A stretch of 64,000 nt of DNA from Vulcanimicrobiota bacterium (GTDB taxonomy: Bacteria; Vulcanimicrobiota; Vulcanimicrobiia; Vulcanimicrobiales; Vulcanimicrobiaceae): positions 416,001 through 480,000 of the forward strand of contig CAVRQT010000002.1 of assembly GCA_963723515.1 (NCBI GenBank), in the 5' to 3' direction. This document shows positions 34,548-46,171 of this stretch, piece by piece. The position numbers and the translations under genes are program-made. The notes under the pieces were generated by a model, which saw nothing but the letters and a program-made list of their open reading frames with translations, was not told the origin of the DNA and ran no database searches. Each line of letters opens with the position of its first letter. The first letter of the stretch is position 1.

Positions 34548-37040
34548 ATGACTCTGATGACTACGGGCGGCGCTGCTCCCGCCGGCGCATACGATTTCCG
34601 GACGATCGAACGCAAGTGGCAAGAACGCTGGCAGCGCGAGGAGCTGTACCGCGCACGACGCGACAGCGCGCGTCAAAAATATTACGTGCTCGAGATGCTC
34701 CCCTATCCATCCGGCGATCTGCACGTCGGCCACGCCAAGAATTACACGCTGGGTGATGCAGTCGCGCGATTGATGCGCATGCAAAATTACAATGTGCTGC
34801 ATCCGATGGGCTGGGACGCCTTTGGCCTGCCGGCCGAAAACGCAGCCATCGAGCGCGGCGTTCATCCGGCCGAGTGGACGAAGGCCAACATCGCCAACAT
34901 GAAGCGTCAGATTCGCTTGATGGGAACCAGCTATGACTGGTCGCGCGAGGTCACGACTTGCGAGCCGGCGTTCTATCGTTGGAATCAATGGCTCTTCCTG
35001 CGTTTCTACGAGCACGGCCTCGCGTACAAGCGTGAAGCGCCGGTCAATTGGTGTCCCAACGACAAGACCGTTCTAGCGAACGAACAGGCCGAGGGCGGCG
35101 TCTGCTGGCGATGCGGCGCAAAAGTGGAACGGCGCAACCTTTCGCAATGGTTCCTGCGCATCACCGACTACGCCGATCGGCTGCTGAACGATCTCGATAA
35201 GCTTGCGGAGTGGCCGGACCGGATTCGAACGATGCAGCGCAACTGGATCGGACGCAGCAGCGGCGTCACCTTTTCCTTTGCGGTTGAAAATTCGGAGGCG
35301 CGTATCAGCGTCTTCACGACGCGAGCCGATACGCTCTTCGGCGCGACCTACATCGCGATAGCCGCCGAGCATCCGCTCGTCGAGCAGATCGTCACGCGCA
35401 AACATCGATCGGCGGTCCGCGCCTTTGCCGATGGGCTCAAATCCAAGAGCGAGCTCGAGCGAACGTCGCTGATGCAGAAGGACGGCGTCTTTACCGGCGC
35501 CTATGCGATCAATCCGCTTTCCAACGAACGCATCCCCGTATACGCCACGAATTACATCTTGGCGGACTACGGAACCGGCGCGGTTATGGGCGTGCCCGCG
35601 CACGACGAACGCGACTTCGATTTCGCGCGCACGCATCGTCTGCCGATCGCGCAAGTTATTCTACCGCCCGGCGAGTCGCCCGGCACACTTGACGCCGCCT
35701 ACATCGGCGAAGGGCGACTAATCGCAAGCGATGATTTCAATGCGATGTCGAGCGAACGCGCCCGTGAAGCAATCGCCGAGCGTCTGGTGCGGCTTGGCGT
35801 CGGCGAACGAAGCATTCAATATCGCTTGCGCGATTGGCTGATCTCACGCCAACGCTATTGGGGCACGCCGATTCCGATCGTGTACTGCGAACGCGACGGT
35901 GAAGTGCCGGTGCCGGACGATCAACTGCCGATTCTGCTCCCGACAGACGTCCAAGTCCGTGGCGAAGGATCGCCGCTGGCGCACGACGCCGACTTCGTGA
36001 ATACGACCTGTCCGCGCTGCGGCGGTCCGGCACGGCGTGAGACCGATACGATGGACACGTTCTTCGAATCGTCTTGGTATTATCTGCGGTATTGCGATCC
36101 GGACGATCGCGAGCTTCCCTTTGCACCGGAGCTCGTCAATGATTGGATGGCCGTCGATCAATATATCGGCGGTGCGGAGCACGCGGTTCTGCACCTGCTC
36201 TACTCGCGGTTCTTCTACAAATTCTTTTGCGATCGCGGTTGGGTGGCCGGTCCGGACGAACCGTTCATCCGACTTTTCAATCAGGGCATGGTGCTGCTCG
36301 GCAGCGAGAAAATGAGCAAGAGCCACGGCAATGTGATCGGCATCGATGAAACCGTCGAGCGTGAAGGCGTCGATGCGATGCGGTTGTTTCTGCTCTGCGC
36401 AACGCCGCCCGAAGATACGATGGAGTGGACGAAGGAGGGAATCAACGGGCGCGTTCGCTTCCTGAATCGTGTCTGGCGGGCGTGCGAGCCATTCTTGGAG
36501 CGTGCCAAGAGCATCGACCTGGAGCAATTGCCTGCTGCGCGGAACGACGAGGAACGGCAGTTGCTGCGCGCCGTGCACACCGCTGCGAAGTCCGCCATCG
36601 TTGAAGTTCAATCACGCCGCATGCATTTCAACACGACTGTCGCGCGGTTCGACGAATACGTCAACGCGCTGATCGCCCTCGGTCAAAGAGACCCCAATTC
36701 GCATGTTGTCCTGTATGCAGTGCACGCACTGCCTCTCCTCATCGCCCCATTCGCGCCCCATATCGCCGAAGAGCTGTGGGAACGCATGGGCTACGCGCAA
36801 TCCGTCCATCGGCGATCGTACCTTCGGCCGGACGAACGTGCGCTGGCGCGCGAACAAATCACGCTCGTGATTCAGGTCAATGGAAAAGTGCGCGGACGAG
36901 TGCAGACTGCACCCGGCATCGACGCATCAGCGGCCTTTGAACTTGCGATCGCGCAGCCACCCGTCAAGGCCCAGATTGACGGCAAGGAAATCCGCAATCG
37001 GATCTACGTTCCCGACAAGCTCCTGAATCTCGTCGTTTAG
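34548..37040 (+). CDS. leuS: Leucine-tRNA ligase
   Basis: [43 protein letters not shown]. Confidence 0.97.
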   Translation: MTLMTTGGAAPAGAYDFRTIERKWQERWQREELYRARRDSARQKYYVLEMLPYPSGDLHVGHAKNYTLGDAVARLMRMQNYNVLHPMGWDAFGLPAENAAIERGVHPAEWTKANIANMKRQIRLMGTSYDWSREVTTCEPAFYRWNQWLFLRFYEHGLAYKREAPVNWCPNDKTVLANEQAEGGVCWRCGAKVERRNLSQWFLRITDYADRLLNDLDKLAEWPDRIRTMQRNWIGRSSGVTFSFAVENSEARISVFTTRADTLFGATYIAIAAEHPLVEQIVTRKHRSAVRAFADGLKSKSELERTSLMQKDGVFTGAYAINPLSNERIPVYATNYILADYGTGAVMGVPAHDERDFDFARTHRLPIAQVILPPGESPGTLDAAYIGEGRLIASDDFNAMSSERAREAIAERLVRLGVGERSIQYRLRDWLISRQRYWGTPIPIVYCERDGEVPVPDDQLPILLPTDVQVRGEGSPLAHDADFVNTTCPRCGGPARRETDTMDTFFESSWYYLRYCDPDDRELPFAPELVNDWMAVDQYIGGAEHAVLHLLYSRFFYKFFCDRGWVAGPDEPFIRLFNQGMVLLGSEKMSKSHGNVIGIDETVEREGVDAMRLFLLCATPPEDTMEWTKEGINGRVRFLNRVWRACEPFLERAKSIDLEQLPAARNDEERQLLRAVHTAAKSAIVEVQSRRMHFNTTVARFDEYVNALIALGQRDPNSHVVLYAVHALPLLIAPFAPHIAEELWERMGYAQSVHRRSYLRPDERALAREQITLVIQVNGKVRGRVQTAPGIDASAAFELAIAQPPVKAQIDGKEIRNRIYVPDKLLNLVV

Positions 37041-37984
37041 GAACCCGCTTGCCCGGGAGTTTGGCGATGCCGAAAATACGCTACGGTTTCGCGCATTCCG
37101 TCGATTAGATGGGTGCGCGGCTCCCAGCCTAATTCGTGTTTGGCGAGCGACGCGTCGAATTGAGCGTTGCGCGCATCGCCCGCGCGTCGCGGCGCATGCT
37201 CTACGGGCGCCGTAAATCCCGTTAGATCACATAGCGCCGTGTAGATTTGATTGACGCTCGTGCGCTTGCCGGTCCCGATGGCGAACGCCGATCCGGAACC
37301 GCGCTCGAGTGCAGCGCAATTTAACTCCGCAATATCTTTGACATAGATGTAGTCGCGAGTCTGTTCACCGTCCCAGTCGATGCGGACCGATTCGTGCGCA
37401 AGGAACTTGTTGATGAAGATCGCGACGACGCCCGCCTCGCCGCTCGGGTCTTGGCGCGGTCCATAGACGTTGCCGTACCGCAACGCGGTGAAATCAAGAC
37501 CGTGCTCGTTCTTGTAAAAACGAAGGTACTGTTCGCCCGTCATTTTCGTGATGCCGTAGGGTGAAATCGGGCGCAGCGGCGTCTCTTCATCGATCGGCAA
37601 GCGATCGACGTTTCCGTATACAGCGCCACTCGATACGTAGATGATCTTGCGAACGTTCGATCGCACGGCGTTATCCAAGATATTCAAGAGTCCGACGACG
37701 TTGACGGCGGCATCGTACTTGGGGTCGCGTGCTCCTATCGCGACGCTGTGCTGCGCGGCGTGGTGCGAGATCGCTTCCGGTTTGAAGTCACCGAAGATGC
37801 GCGTCACACCCTCGTCACGTATGTCCATGTGAACGAATGTTGCGCGCGACGGTACGTTCGTGCGACGTCCGCCGCCGTGCTCCCAGAGCGAATCGAGCAC
37901 AAGCACATCGTGCCCGTCTCTTAAGAACGCTTCAGCGACATGTGAACCGATAAAGCCGGCACCGCCGGTGACGATGATTCGCAC
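37037..37984 (-). CDS. NAD-dependent epimerase (UDP-glucose 4-epimerase-like)
   Basis: [16 protein letters not shown] (YxxxK), [12 protein letters not shown]. Confidence 0.9.
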   Translation of the reverse strand: MRIIVTGGAGFIGSHVAEAFLRDGHDVLVLDSLWEHGGGRRTNVPSRATFVHMDIRDEGVTRIFGDFKPEAISHHAAQHSVAIGARDPKYDAAVNVVGLLNILDNAVRSNVRKIIYVSSGAVYGNVDRLPIDEETPLRPISPYGITKMTGEQYLRFYKNEHGLDFTALRYGNVYGPRQDPSGEAGVVAIFINKFLAHESVRIDWDGEQTRDYIYVKDIAELNCAALERGSGSAFAIGTGKRTSVNQIYTALCDLTGFTAPVEHAPRRAGDARNAQFDASLAKHELGWEPRTHLIDGMRETVAYFRHRQTPGQAGS

Positions 37985-38072
37985 CCACGCATCTTTCTCG
38001 CTCAAGCCGTAGGCAGCCCTCGAAGGATACCGGCGCTTGCGGTCTTTCACGGCCGTAACAGTTACTTCTTCA

Positions 38073-40383
38073 ATGGATCGTGCGCCGCTCGTTGCGCTCG
38101 CGATCGCGGCCGGCGTCGGCACAGCGGCCGCTTCGCCGCTCACCTTCGAGCAACAAATCAGTTGCCGTGGTGGTGGCCGCGGCGCTTTGTCTTTGGTCAA
38201 TCGCTCGTCCGGCGCGCAAATCGCTCGAGTTGGCTCTGATCGCTGCGTTGCTCATCTCTTATGGTGTGGCGCGACTTCATTTGGCACATCGCATCGAACT
38301 GCGTGAAGGCCATACGAAGCGCTACGTCGCGACGATACTGGCCTCGACGACTGCAGCGATCGGCGCCTCAGAAACGACGCTCCAGCTCGATGACGGCAGC
38401 GTCTTGTCGGCAACGCTCCGCGAGCCGCCGCCCAAGACCGGATTGCGCGTCATCGTGCGGGGAAGAATTACCCCCTTCGACCCGCCGCGCAATCCCGGGG
38501 AGCCGGATCAGCGAACGCTCGAACGGGAACGCGGTTTCGACGGGATGCTGAGCGGCGCCATCATCTTGCGAACGCTCCCGCAAACTCGCGCATCGCCGCA
38601 AATTTTTTTGGCGCGGTTGCGCGCGCTCGCGGACGAACGGCTGCATCAGACGATCGAAGAGCCGTACGCGTCGATTCTTGCGGGGGAACTTTGGGGTCAG
38701 AAATCCGCCCTGCCGCCGGCATTGCGTGCAGAATTTCAGGACAGCGGAACGGTGCACGTGCTCGTCACTGCCGGCTTGCATCTCGGCATCATCGCGTGGC
38801 TTGCGATTCTGTTTACTACGTGGCTCCAAATGCCGCGGATTTACGCATGCGGGATCACCGCGCTGATCGTGTGGGCGTATGCGGTCTTCAGCGGCTTTCA
38901 TCTACCGGCGATGCGCGCCGCAACGATGATCACGTTTGCCCTCGCAGCGCGCGCTTGTGGCGCCAAGGCGCTGTCGTGGAACGCTTTAGGAGCCGCTGCG
39001 ATCGTTGCGCTCTTGTACGATCCGCAAAGCGTCAGCAGCGCGTCTTTTGCGATGTCCTTCAGTTGTGTCGGATCGATCTTCTTGACCGCGCCGCTGATCA
39101 AGCCGGCATTGGAGAAGCTCGCGGCGATTCCGACGATCGTTGTGGAAGCGCTGACCCTCTCGATCGCAACCCAGATCGGCGTGTGGCCGGTCACAGCCGC
39201 AACCTTCTTGCTCTTCGCGCCGTATTCGATCTTGGCAAATGCAGCGGTCGTTCCGATCGTCGGCGCGACGATGGTAGCCGGCACGTTGCAAATGCTCCTC
39301 GCGAACATTCCGATGCTGGGGTACGCGGTTGCAAACTTCAATACGTTGCTCTTGCAGTTCGTCGTCGCCGCTGTACAAGGTGCCGCGACGCTGCCGTTTG
39401 CGCACGTCGTAATGACGCCGCCGCCGTTGTGGACGATCGCGGTTTACGATGTCGCGTTGATCGCGGCTGTGTGCCTTTTGCGCCGCAATGCACGCACTGC
39501 GGCGTGCGCGCTCGTCCTCGTGGCTGCTCTTCTCGTCGTGTGGCCGCCGCGCGCCGTTGATGCGCGGCTGAAAATCACCGCGCTCGATGTCGGCCAAGCC
39601 GATGCCATCATCGTTCGGACCCCTGCCGGTCATGCGCTCTTAATCGACGCGGGCGGTCGGCTGGAACGCGGGCCGCAAACTGCAGGCGGTTCGATGGCTG
39701 AACGTGTCGGCGAGACGGTCGTCGCGCCGTTTCTGATTCGCGCCGGCGTGCATCACCTCGACGCAATCATCCTCTCTCATCCCCATGGCGATCATGCCGG
39801 CGGCGTGGCCCCTATTTTGCGATTGTTGCGTGCCGATACGTTTGCCGACAGCGGTCAGCGCTACGGCGGCTACGCCTACAATGATGCTTTAGCCGTCGCC
39901 GGCGATGAGGACGTTCGGATCGTTAGGCCGGCCGTGGGAGCTGTTTGGCGAACGGATGACGGCGTCTCATTAACGTTTCTCGGCCCGACGCGGCCGTTCA
40001 TCAGCGGGTCACGCAACGACATCAACAACAACTCGCTCGTCTTCATGCTGCAGTACAAGTCGTTCCGCATGCTCTTCACCGGTGATGCGGGCGCTGAAGC
40101 AGAGCAGCGTCTGTTACATGAAGCCGTTGATCTGCACGCCGAGGTGTTGAAAGTCGGCCATCACGGAAGTGCTTACAGTTCTACGCCGGAGTTTATCGGA
40201 GCGGTTCATCCGAATGACGTGATCATCTCCGTCGGGCGGCATAATCTCTTCGGCCATCCGGCGCCTTCCACACTGGAGACGCTGACGCGCTTCGGCGCGC
40301 GGATCTATCGCACGGACGAGAACGGTGCCGTCTCAATTATGTGCGACGGAGCAGCTTACACGGTAAAGACAATGCTTCCGTAA
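38073..40383 (+). CDS. comEC: DNA uptake channel ComEC/Rec2; frameshift near 38140-38160
   Basis: RNPGEPD, HVLVTAGLH, LDVGQAD, SHPHGDHAGG, LKVGHHGS, FGHP. Confidence 0.92.
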
Positions 40384-40385
40384 TT

Positions 40386-40661
40386 TTACGAAAGCCGCTT
40401 CTGTAAACGGATCTGAACGCCGTCGCCCGCTTCTTTGCCGATCGCCTTACGAAGGTCGTTCTTGATCGGGAGTTTGTGCGTTCCATCGCCCAGCGCCATG
40501 AATGAGCTCCGGAACGAAACACCGTCTATGGCGCCGGAGATCTTCACGAGACCGCGCGTTCCGAAAAAGGCGGCCGAACCAGGCATAACGACATAGGTCC
40601 AGCCGCCTTTTGCCGGCGATTTTTGCAGCTTAGCGCGAAATTGTTTCTTCAACTCCGCCAT
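40386..40661 (-). CDS. DUF1905-like small protein
   Basis: [35 protein letters not shown]. Confidence 0.75.
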   Translation of the reverse strand: MAELKKQFRAKLQKSPAKGGWTYVVMPGSAAFFGTRGLVKISGAIDGVSFRSSFMALGDGTHKLPIKNDLRKAIGKEAGDGVQIRLQKRLS

Positions 40662-41077
40662 TACGGCTTGGCTGCGATCTCCTCGCGGGTGCGCCGTTCT
40701 AAATCTTTGATTTCGGGCGTCATTGCCGGTCCGAAATCTTCTGCCTCGAAGATCTGACGAATCTCGACCTGCCCGTCTTCGAAGGGCGCGCGCTTCATCC
40801 ACTCGACCGCTTCATCTTTTGATCGGGTGCGAATGACCCAGAAACCCGCAACCAATTGCTCCGTTTCTGGAAATGGGCCGCTCGTAACCGTGCGCTCCGA
40901 ACCGGAAAATTTGATGCGCGCACCGCTTGAACTGGCTTGCAAGCCTTCACCCGCGAGCATCACACCCGCTTTGGCCATTTCTTCATTGAAGCGGAGCATG
41001 TTGGCCAACATATCGGCGCTCGGAAGAACGCCCGATTCAGAATCCTTATTCGCTTTGACGATTACCATAAAGCGCAT
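40661..41077 (-). CDS. YciI/DGPF-domain protein
   Basis: [30 protein letters not shown]. Confidence 0.85.
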   Translation of the reverse strand: MRFMVIVKANKDSESGVLPSADMLANMLRFNEEMAKAGVMLAGEGLQASSSGARIKFSGSERTVTSGPFPETEQLVAGFWVIRTRSKDEAVEWMKRAPFEDGQVEIRQIFEAEDFGPAMTPEIKDLERRTREEIAAKP

Positions 41078-41490
41078 TAAAACGGCCCTCCAATTGTCAT
41101 CATCCACTCGATGCCGAAACGATCTTGAACAGTTCCAAACTTGCCGCCCCAAAACGCATCTTCAATCGGCATCGTTACCTTGCCGCCTTCTGAAAGCGCA
41201 TTGAAAACGCGTTCCCCTTCGCCTTCTTTTGTCGAGAGCGCGAGCGAGATGTTGCCTTCCTCGGGATCGACCGTCTTTACGTCGCGGCCGTCGGAGGCGA
41301 AGAAGCTCACACCGGGAGCGGTGAACGACGCATGCATGACGCGGTTTTGCGCATCCGGCGGAAAATCGCCGGCCATCGGCGCGTCTTTCATGCGCTGAAG
41401 CTCGTAGTCACCGCCGAGCGCCTTCTTATAGAAATTCAGCGCCTCTTCGCATCGGCCGTAGAAAAACACATAGGGTTTGAGTTGCATCAT
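41077..41490 (-). CDS. VOC/PhnB family protein
   Basis: PYVFFYGRCEEALNFY, VMHA, FWGGKFG..DRFGIEWM. Confidence 0.85.
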   Translation of the reverse strand: MMQLKPYVFFYGRCEEALNFYKKALGGDYELQRMKDAPMAGDFPPDAQNRVMHASFTAPGVSFFASDGRDVKTVDPEEGNISLALSTKEGEGERVFNALSEGGKVTMPIEDAFWGGKFGTVQDRFGIEWMMTIGGPF

Positions 41491-41499
41491 CTCTCCTTT

Positions 41500-41991
41500 T
41501 CAGTTTGTGCCGGCGTACGCGCGGCGCAGCTCTTCGAGGTCGAGCTTCTCCATTTGCAGCATCGCCTTCATCGCGCGCTGCGCTTTCTCAGGATCGGAAC
41601 CACCGAGCACGTCGACTAATCCGGCCGGAACGATGTTCCAAGAGAAGCCGTACTTGTCACGCACCCAACCGCATGGCAACTTCTCGCCGCCTTCGGAGAG
41701 CTTATCCCAAAGGTGGTCGACTTCGCCTTGTGTCTGGCAATCAACGAACAATGCGATGCCGCCGACTTGCATGTCACCGGCCTTCTGCGAATCGCCGAAG
41801 CCGTTGAGCGCCATGAATTCTTGGCCCTCGAGCTGGAACTCGACGACCATGGCAGCGCCTTTTGGGCCAGGGCCCGCGTCGCCGTAGCGGCTGACGTTGT
41901 CGATCCTCGAGTCCTTGAAGATCGAGACGTAAAAGTTTGCGGCTTCTTCGGCTTGGTCGTTAAACCACAAAAACGGAGTGATCTTCTGCAT
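41500..41991 (-). CDS. VOC/PhnB-like protein
   Basis: MQKITPFLWFNDQAEEAANFY, CGWVRDKYGFSW. Confidence 0.88.
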   Translation of the reverse strand: MQKITPFLWFNDQAEEAANFYVSIFKDSRIDNVSRYGDAGPGPKGAAMVVEFQLEGQEFMALNGFGDSQKAGDMQVGGIALFVDCQTQGEVDHLWDKLSEGGEKLPCGWVRDKYGFSWNIVPAGLVDVLGGSDPEKAQRAMKAMLQMEKLDLEELRRAYAGTN

Positions 41992-42381
41992 TAAACATTT
42001 ACCTTTCGTGCAAACAATGGTGCAAAGTATGCGCGCAGCGGCCACGCGACGATAAACCACAGGATCGTGACGAGAATCGGGAAGGGAATGAGCGCTTGCG
42101 GCCACATCGTGATGTGGAACGCCAGAATATTCACGATAACGGCGCCGAGAAGGACGAGCGCAAGCGGCACATACTGATCCAGCAAGAGTAACAAACCGGC
42201 CGACTACCTGAACGCCCGACGGAAGATAGGTGTAGTGCGAGCTCAGCATCGCGCCGGAGAACGCGCCTGCATTTCCCGGAATGTGCGGCGGCGGCGGAAG
42301 GAACAGCAAGAAGCCGTTCAGCCCGAAAACGACAAAGAGCAAGCCGAGCAGCAGTCTTGCGAGCGGGACGATGATGCGCAT
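41991..42381 (-). CDS. DoxX-like small membrane protein; frameshift near 42200
   Basis: ARLLLGLLFVVFGLNGF, then LLLLDQYVPLALVLLGAVIVNILAFH in another frame. Confidence 0.7.
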
Positions 42382-42398
42382 GGGTTTTGCCTTTTACC

Positions 42399-42782
42399 CT
42401 ACGGCACCACGAGACCGACTGTGTGGCCTTCGGGATCCTGGAAGAGCGCGATCACCGGTCCGTTTGGAACCTTATCGGGTCCCATCATCTTCTTTCCGCC
42501 GAGCGATTCGATCTTACGCAGCGCTGCATCAGCGTCATCAACGGCCACATAAAACGTCACGTGACCGGAGTAGCCTTGCGGCGCTTTGCCGATTCCGCCG
42601 TCGATGCTCATGCCGGGCGGTTCGGGACGCCGATCGCCGATCGGTTTAACGATCGTGTAGTCGATGTCGCCGGCGCCGGCAACCGGAGACTCGATCTCCC
42701 AATCGAAGGCATCTTTATAGAAAGAACGCAGCCGCTCAGGGTCTTTGCCGACAATCTCAAAGTGGACGACCGGATTTCCCAT
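42399..42782 (-). CDS. VOC/glyoxalase family protein
   Basis: MGNPVVHFEI, FYVAVDD, FQDPEGH; AAGGAG RBS. Confidence 0.88.
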   Translation of the reverse strand: MGNPVVHFEIVGKDPERLRSFYKDAFDWEIESPVAGAGDIDYTIVKPIGDRRPEPPGMSIDGGIGKAPQGYSGHVTFYVAVDDADAALRKIESLGGKKMMGPDKVPNGPVIALFQDPEGHTVGLVVP

Positions 42783-42822
42783 TTCATTGCTCCTTTCAAC
42801 TGGCTTTTGTTTGGAGGTACCG

Positions 42823-42890
42823 CGCAGTATAGCGCGTACACTTGTAAAAAGCAAGTACTGTTCATAAAAGAAATAATGCGCTATACTGCG
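42823..42890. promoter_or_regulatory. Divergent promoter pair with a central operator
   Basis: Perfect 13-bp inverted repeat CGCAGTATAGCGC/GCGCTATACTGCG giving TATACT on both strands; ACTTG-N7-CAAGT at 42840-42856. Confidence 0.65.
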
Positions 42891-42893
42891 AAC

Positions 42894-43535
42894 ATGCCGG
42901 TGCGCAGCTACGGGCAGTATTGCGGCTTTTCGCGGGCCCTTGAAATCGTCGGGGAGCGATGGGCACTTTTGATCGTGCGCGATCTGCTCGTGGGGCCGAA
43001 GCGCTTCAGCGATTTACAGCGCGGTCTGCCCGGAATCCCAAGCAACATCCTCACCGCGCGTCTGAAAGAACTGGAAGAGGACGGCATCGTGCGGCGCCGG
43101 CTTCTGCCGCGCCCGTCGGGCGCCATCGTCTACGAGTTAACGGAAGCCGGCCGGCAGCTGGAAGAACCGGTCATCAGCTTGGGACGCTGGGGCGCTAAGC
43201 GACTTGGCGATCCGCGCGCCGATGAAACGGTCACCGAAGATTCGATCGCTTCTGCGTTGCTCTCGACTTTTCGGCCGCAACATGCAAGCCGCACGAACGT
43301 CAGTTATGAGCTGCGCCTTGGGCCAATCACCGTCAACGCGCAGATTCATAATCGAAAACTGCGCGTCGGAAGAGGCTCGCTGGCGAACCCGGACCTCATA
43401 ATCGAAGCGGGTCCGGCGATTCGCGCGCTGATGGCGCGCGAGATTTCGCCGGAAGAAGCGCTCAAGAAAAAAATCGTCCGTGTGAAAGGCGACAAGCAAT
43501 TGCTGACGCGCTTCACCCAGATGTTTCAGATTTAG
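42894..43535 (+). CDS. HxlR-family winged-helix regulator with SCP2-like C-terminal domain
   Basis: YGQYCGFSRALEIVGERWALLIVRDLL.GPKRF, YELTEAG. Confidence 0.88.
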   Translation: MPVRSYGQYCGFSRALEIVGERWALLIVRDLLVGPKRFSDLQRGLPGIPSNILTARLKELEEDGIVRRRLLPRPSGAIVYELTEAGRQLEEPVISLGRWGAKRLGDPRADETVTEDSIASALLSTFRPQHASRTNVSYELRLGPITVNAQIHNRKLRVGRGSLANPDLIIEAGPAIRALMAREISPEEALKKKIVRVKGDKQLLTRFTQMFQI

Positions 43536-43539
43536 CGGC

Positions 43540-44013
43540 TTACTTCTCGATCAAGACTTTCGGCGGAAGCAGCCACAGCAGTTTCCCGCGCGACGAATCT
43601 GCATCACGCAATTCGAAGCACGCCACACCGCCTTTTTTGAGATCGATGTCGCCTCCGCCGATCACGCGGCTGATCGTCTCGCTCATGCTTGGTTCATGAC
43701 CGACGAGCATGATCGCGTCCGCGTCGCGATGATCTTTTAAAATCGCCTGCAGTTTCCGCGCATCGAGATCGACGATCCGCTCATCGTCTGAGACGCGCAT
43801 CTTCAGCGCTTCGGCGACAATCATCGCGGTCTGCCTCGCGCGCAGAAGCGGGCTCGTCAACATCTGATCCAACTTGAGCCGCATTTCTCCCAGCGCGCGT
43901 CCCTCAAGCGTCGTGCGCTCACGCCCTTCGGCGCTCAGCGGACGCTCCGCGTCATCTCCTTGCCATGCTTTCGGGTCGCCGGCATCGCCATGCCGCAAAA
44001 AGTACACCTTCAT
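43540..44013 (-). CDS. sixA: Phosphohistidine phosphatase SixA-like
   Basis: LRHGDA, RPLS, SPLLRARQTA, LVGHEP. Confidence 0.85.
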   Translation of the reverse strand: MKVYFLRHGDAGDPKAWQGDDAERPLSAEGRERTTLEGRALGEMRLKLDQMLTSPLLRARQTAMIVAEALKMRVSDDERIVDLDARKLQAILKDHRDADAIMLVGHEPSMSETISRVIGGGDIDLKKGGVACFELRDADSSRGKLLWLLPPKVLIEK

Positions 44014-44023
44014 TCGATCACCT

Positions 44024-45471
44024 TTAAGAGCGGCTCAGCCAATGTGCAAAGCGATGATCTTTTCGGAGCGCGTCAAGCCGTGCATCTTCCGAAAAGAGAC
44101 GGCGGCTATCGGGATCGACGCGCGCGAGCCACGCAAACGCCGTATCGGCTTGATGCTGAAAGGCGAGCGTGGCGGCAATTGAGATGATCGTCGAAGGGTT
44201 GCTGACGCCGCCGATTGCCTGCAGGGCGCGTTTCGCGGCCAAAAACTCACGCGATGCCTCTGCCGCCTTTCCATCTTGCAGGTAAAACAGCGTCAGCAGC
44301 GCCCGTGCGCGAAGTGCGGCTGCGGCATCTCGAAGTCGCGTCAAGCGGTTGAAGCGTACGTTCTGCCGCAACGCGCTTATGCGATTGCCCTTCCGCAAGC
44401 GCAAGGACGAACATCGCTTGCGTGTCTTCCGGTGATTGCGTGAAGGATTGTCTCGCATACGCTGCTGCCTCGCCGTAATTGCGTCGGAGATACGAGAGGA
44501 GCGCAAGGTCGTCACCGGCGTCCGTCCACGAGGAATTCGCCGCGAGCGCCGCGCGCAGTTGACCGATCGCGGCGTCGATGCTGCCCTCACTCATCAAGTG
44601 TTCGCCATACCATGTGCGAGCTTCAGGAGAATTCGGATTCAGTTGAACGGCGCGGCGCAGCTCGGATCGGCCCACTCGCGGGATCTCCAAAAACGACCTG
44701 CGCCTGACCATAAGCCGCATGCGCTTCCGACGAAGTGGGGCCGATGGCGATCGCTTTGCGCGCGGTCTCGATGCCCGCGCGGGCATCAGTCGTGCTGCGT
44801 TTGATATCTGCTTCTCGCAGTGCCAAACTGATGTACGCGTCGGCGAGTCCGGCGTAGCCGAGCGGATTGTGTGGTTCTTCGGCGATCGCGCTTTGGAAAA
44901 ACGGAATGCTCTTGCGGACGTCCGCGATGCTGCGCGCGGTGCTCCACAGGTAGTATCCCGCCGGATAAGAGGGCGGCATCCCGGACGAGGCGCCCGATCT
45001 CAGACTCATAAATCCGAAACCGGCGGCAACCGCGACGATAAGGACCAGCGCGACGGCTGCTGCAAGCCGGCCGGTCGTGATCCGGTGTAGTCGATGCCCG
45101 TTGACCGTAAGGCGATAGCCGCGTCGCGGAACTGTCTCTAAGACGATGGATCGGTCCCAGTTCCCGAGCGTCCGGCGCAACCGATAGATGCTCTGCGTGA
45201 GGTTTGCCTCATCGACGTCGCTGCCCCATACCGCCGAAAGCAAGCGTTCTTTCGAGCAGACCTCGCCTTGATGGGCCGCAAGCACGCCGAGCGCCTCGAC
45301 CGCGCGGGGCGGCAGCGCGACGATGTCGCCGTTGCAGCGCAGCGTCCGCTCATCCGACTGAAGGATGAAGCGCCCGAATCGGTACTCTATGGCGCTTGCC
45401 CTTCTCGTTTCAGGCTTCGATGACGATTCATTGAGGGATTGATTCTGGATTCGCGCCGCCGTCCCGTGCAT
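44024..45471 (-). CDS. OmpR/ToxR-type winged-helix + TM + TPR regulator; frameshifts near 44670 and 44350; start uncertain
   Basis: YRFGRF..LLSAVWG..EANLTQSIYRLRRTL..ETVPRRGYR, TM helix, TPR motifs (YAGLADAY, AVQLNPNSPEA). Confidence 0.75.
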
Positions 45472-45493
45472 GCTGAAGACTAAAAGGAGCACC

Positions 45494-46171
45494 ATGCTAC
45501 GCAAAGTGTTTGCTGGGGCGGCGCTTATCTTGCTGGCCGCCTGCGGCGGCGGCGGTTCGGGATCCGGCGGGACGGCCATGCCGCTCGGGATCGGTCCGAC
45601 GCCCACGCCGAATCCGCAGGCCAATTTCTACGAGCCGCTCGCGCTCGGCGATTCCTGGACCTACACCTGTAAAGACATCAAAGGCGGCGGTGAAAACGGC
45701 GGGAACCCGTTCACGATCACGGACTCGGTCGTCGGGACAACGACCACCGCCGGCAAGACCGTCTTCGAATTCTCACTGCAGATTCCGCAAGTTCCAAGCA
45801 CGCCGTTACAGATCGTGACCGAAATTCAGCTATTGGCGAACGACGCCGGCGGCAATGTCACGCTCTACGGATATCTCATCAACGGCACGGTAAAATCCGT
45901 TACGCCGACGCTGGTCGTCGCCGCAAATCCGCCCGGCCAGCAACACAAAGCCTTCAATTATCCCGGCCCGAACGGTAACACGATCGACCGCGAGTACGTT
46001 GGATTCGAGCCGAGCAATCCAACGCCGCTCGGCACGTTTGAAGTCGCGCCGTACTTTGAAAGCAACGCGACGCATAACTATGGCTACGCGTTAGGCACTG
46101 GCATCGTCGAAGAGGATCACGGACCGAATTTTGAAGTGGATTGTCTGGTTACCGCGGTGACGTTGCATTAG
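45494..46171 (+). CDS. Hypothetical lipoprotein
   Basis: AAAAGGAG RBS, lipobox LAAC, YEPLALGDSWTY. Confidence 0.75.
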   Translation: MLRKVFAGAALILLAACGGGGSGSGGTAMPLGIGPTPTPNPQANFYEPLALGDSWTYTCKDIKGGGENGGNPFTITDSVVGTTTTAGKTVFEFSLQIPQVPSTPLQIVTEIQLLANDAGGNVTLYGYLINGTVKSVTPTLVVAANPPGQQHKAFNYPGPNGNTIDREYVGFEPSNPTPLGTFEVAPYFESNATHNYGYALGTGIVEEDHGPNFEVDCLVTAVTLH

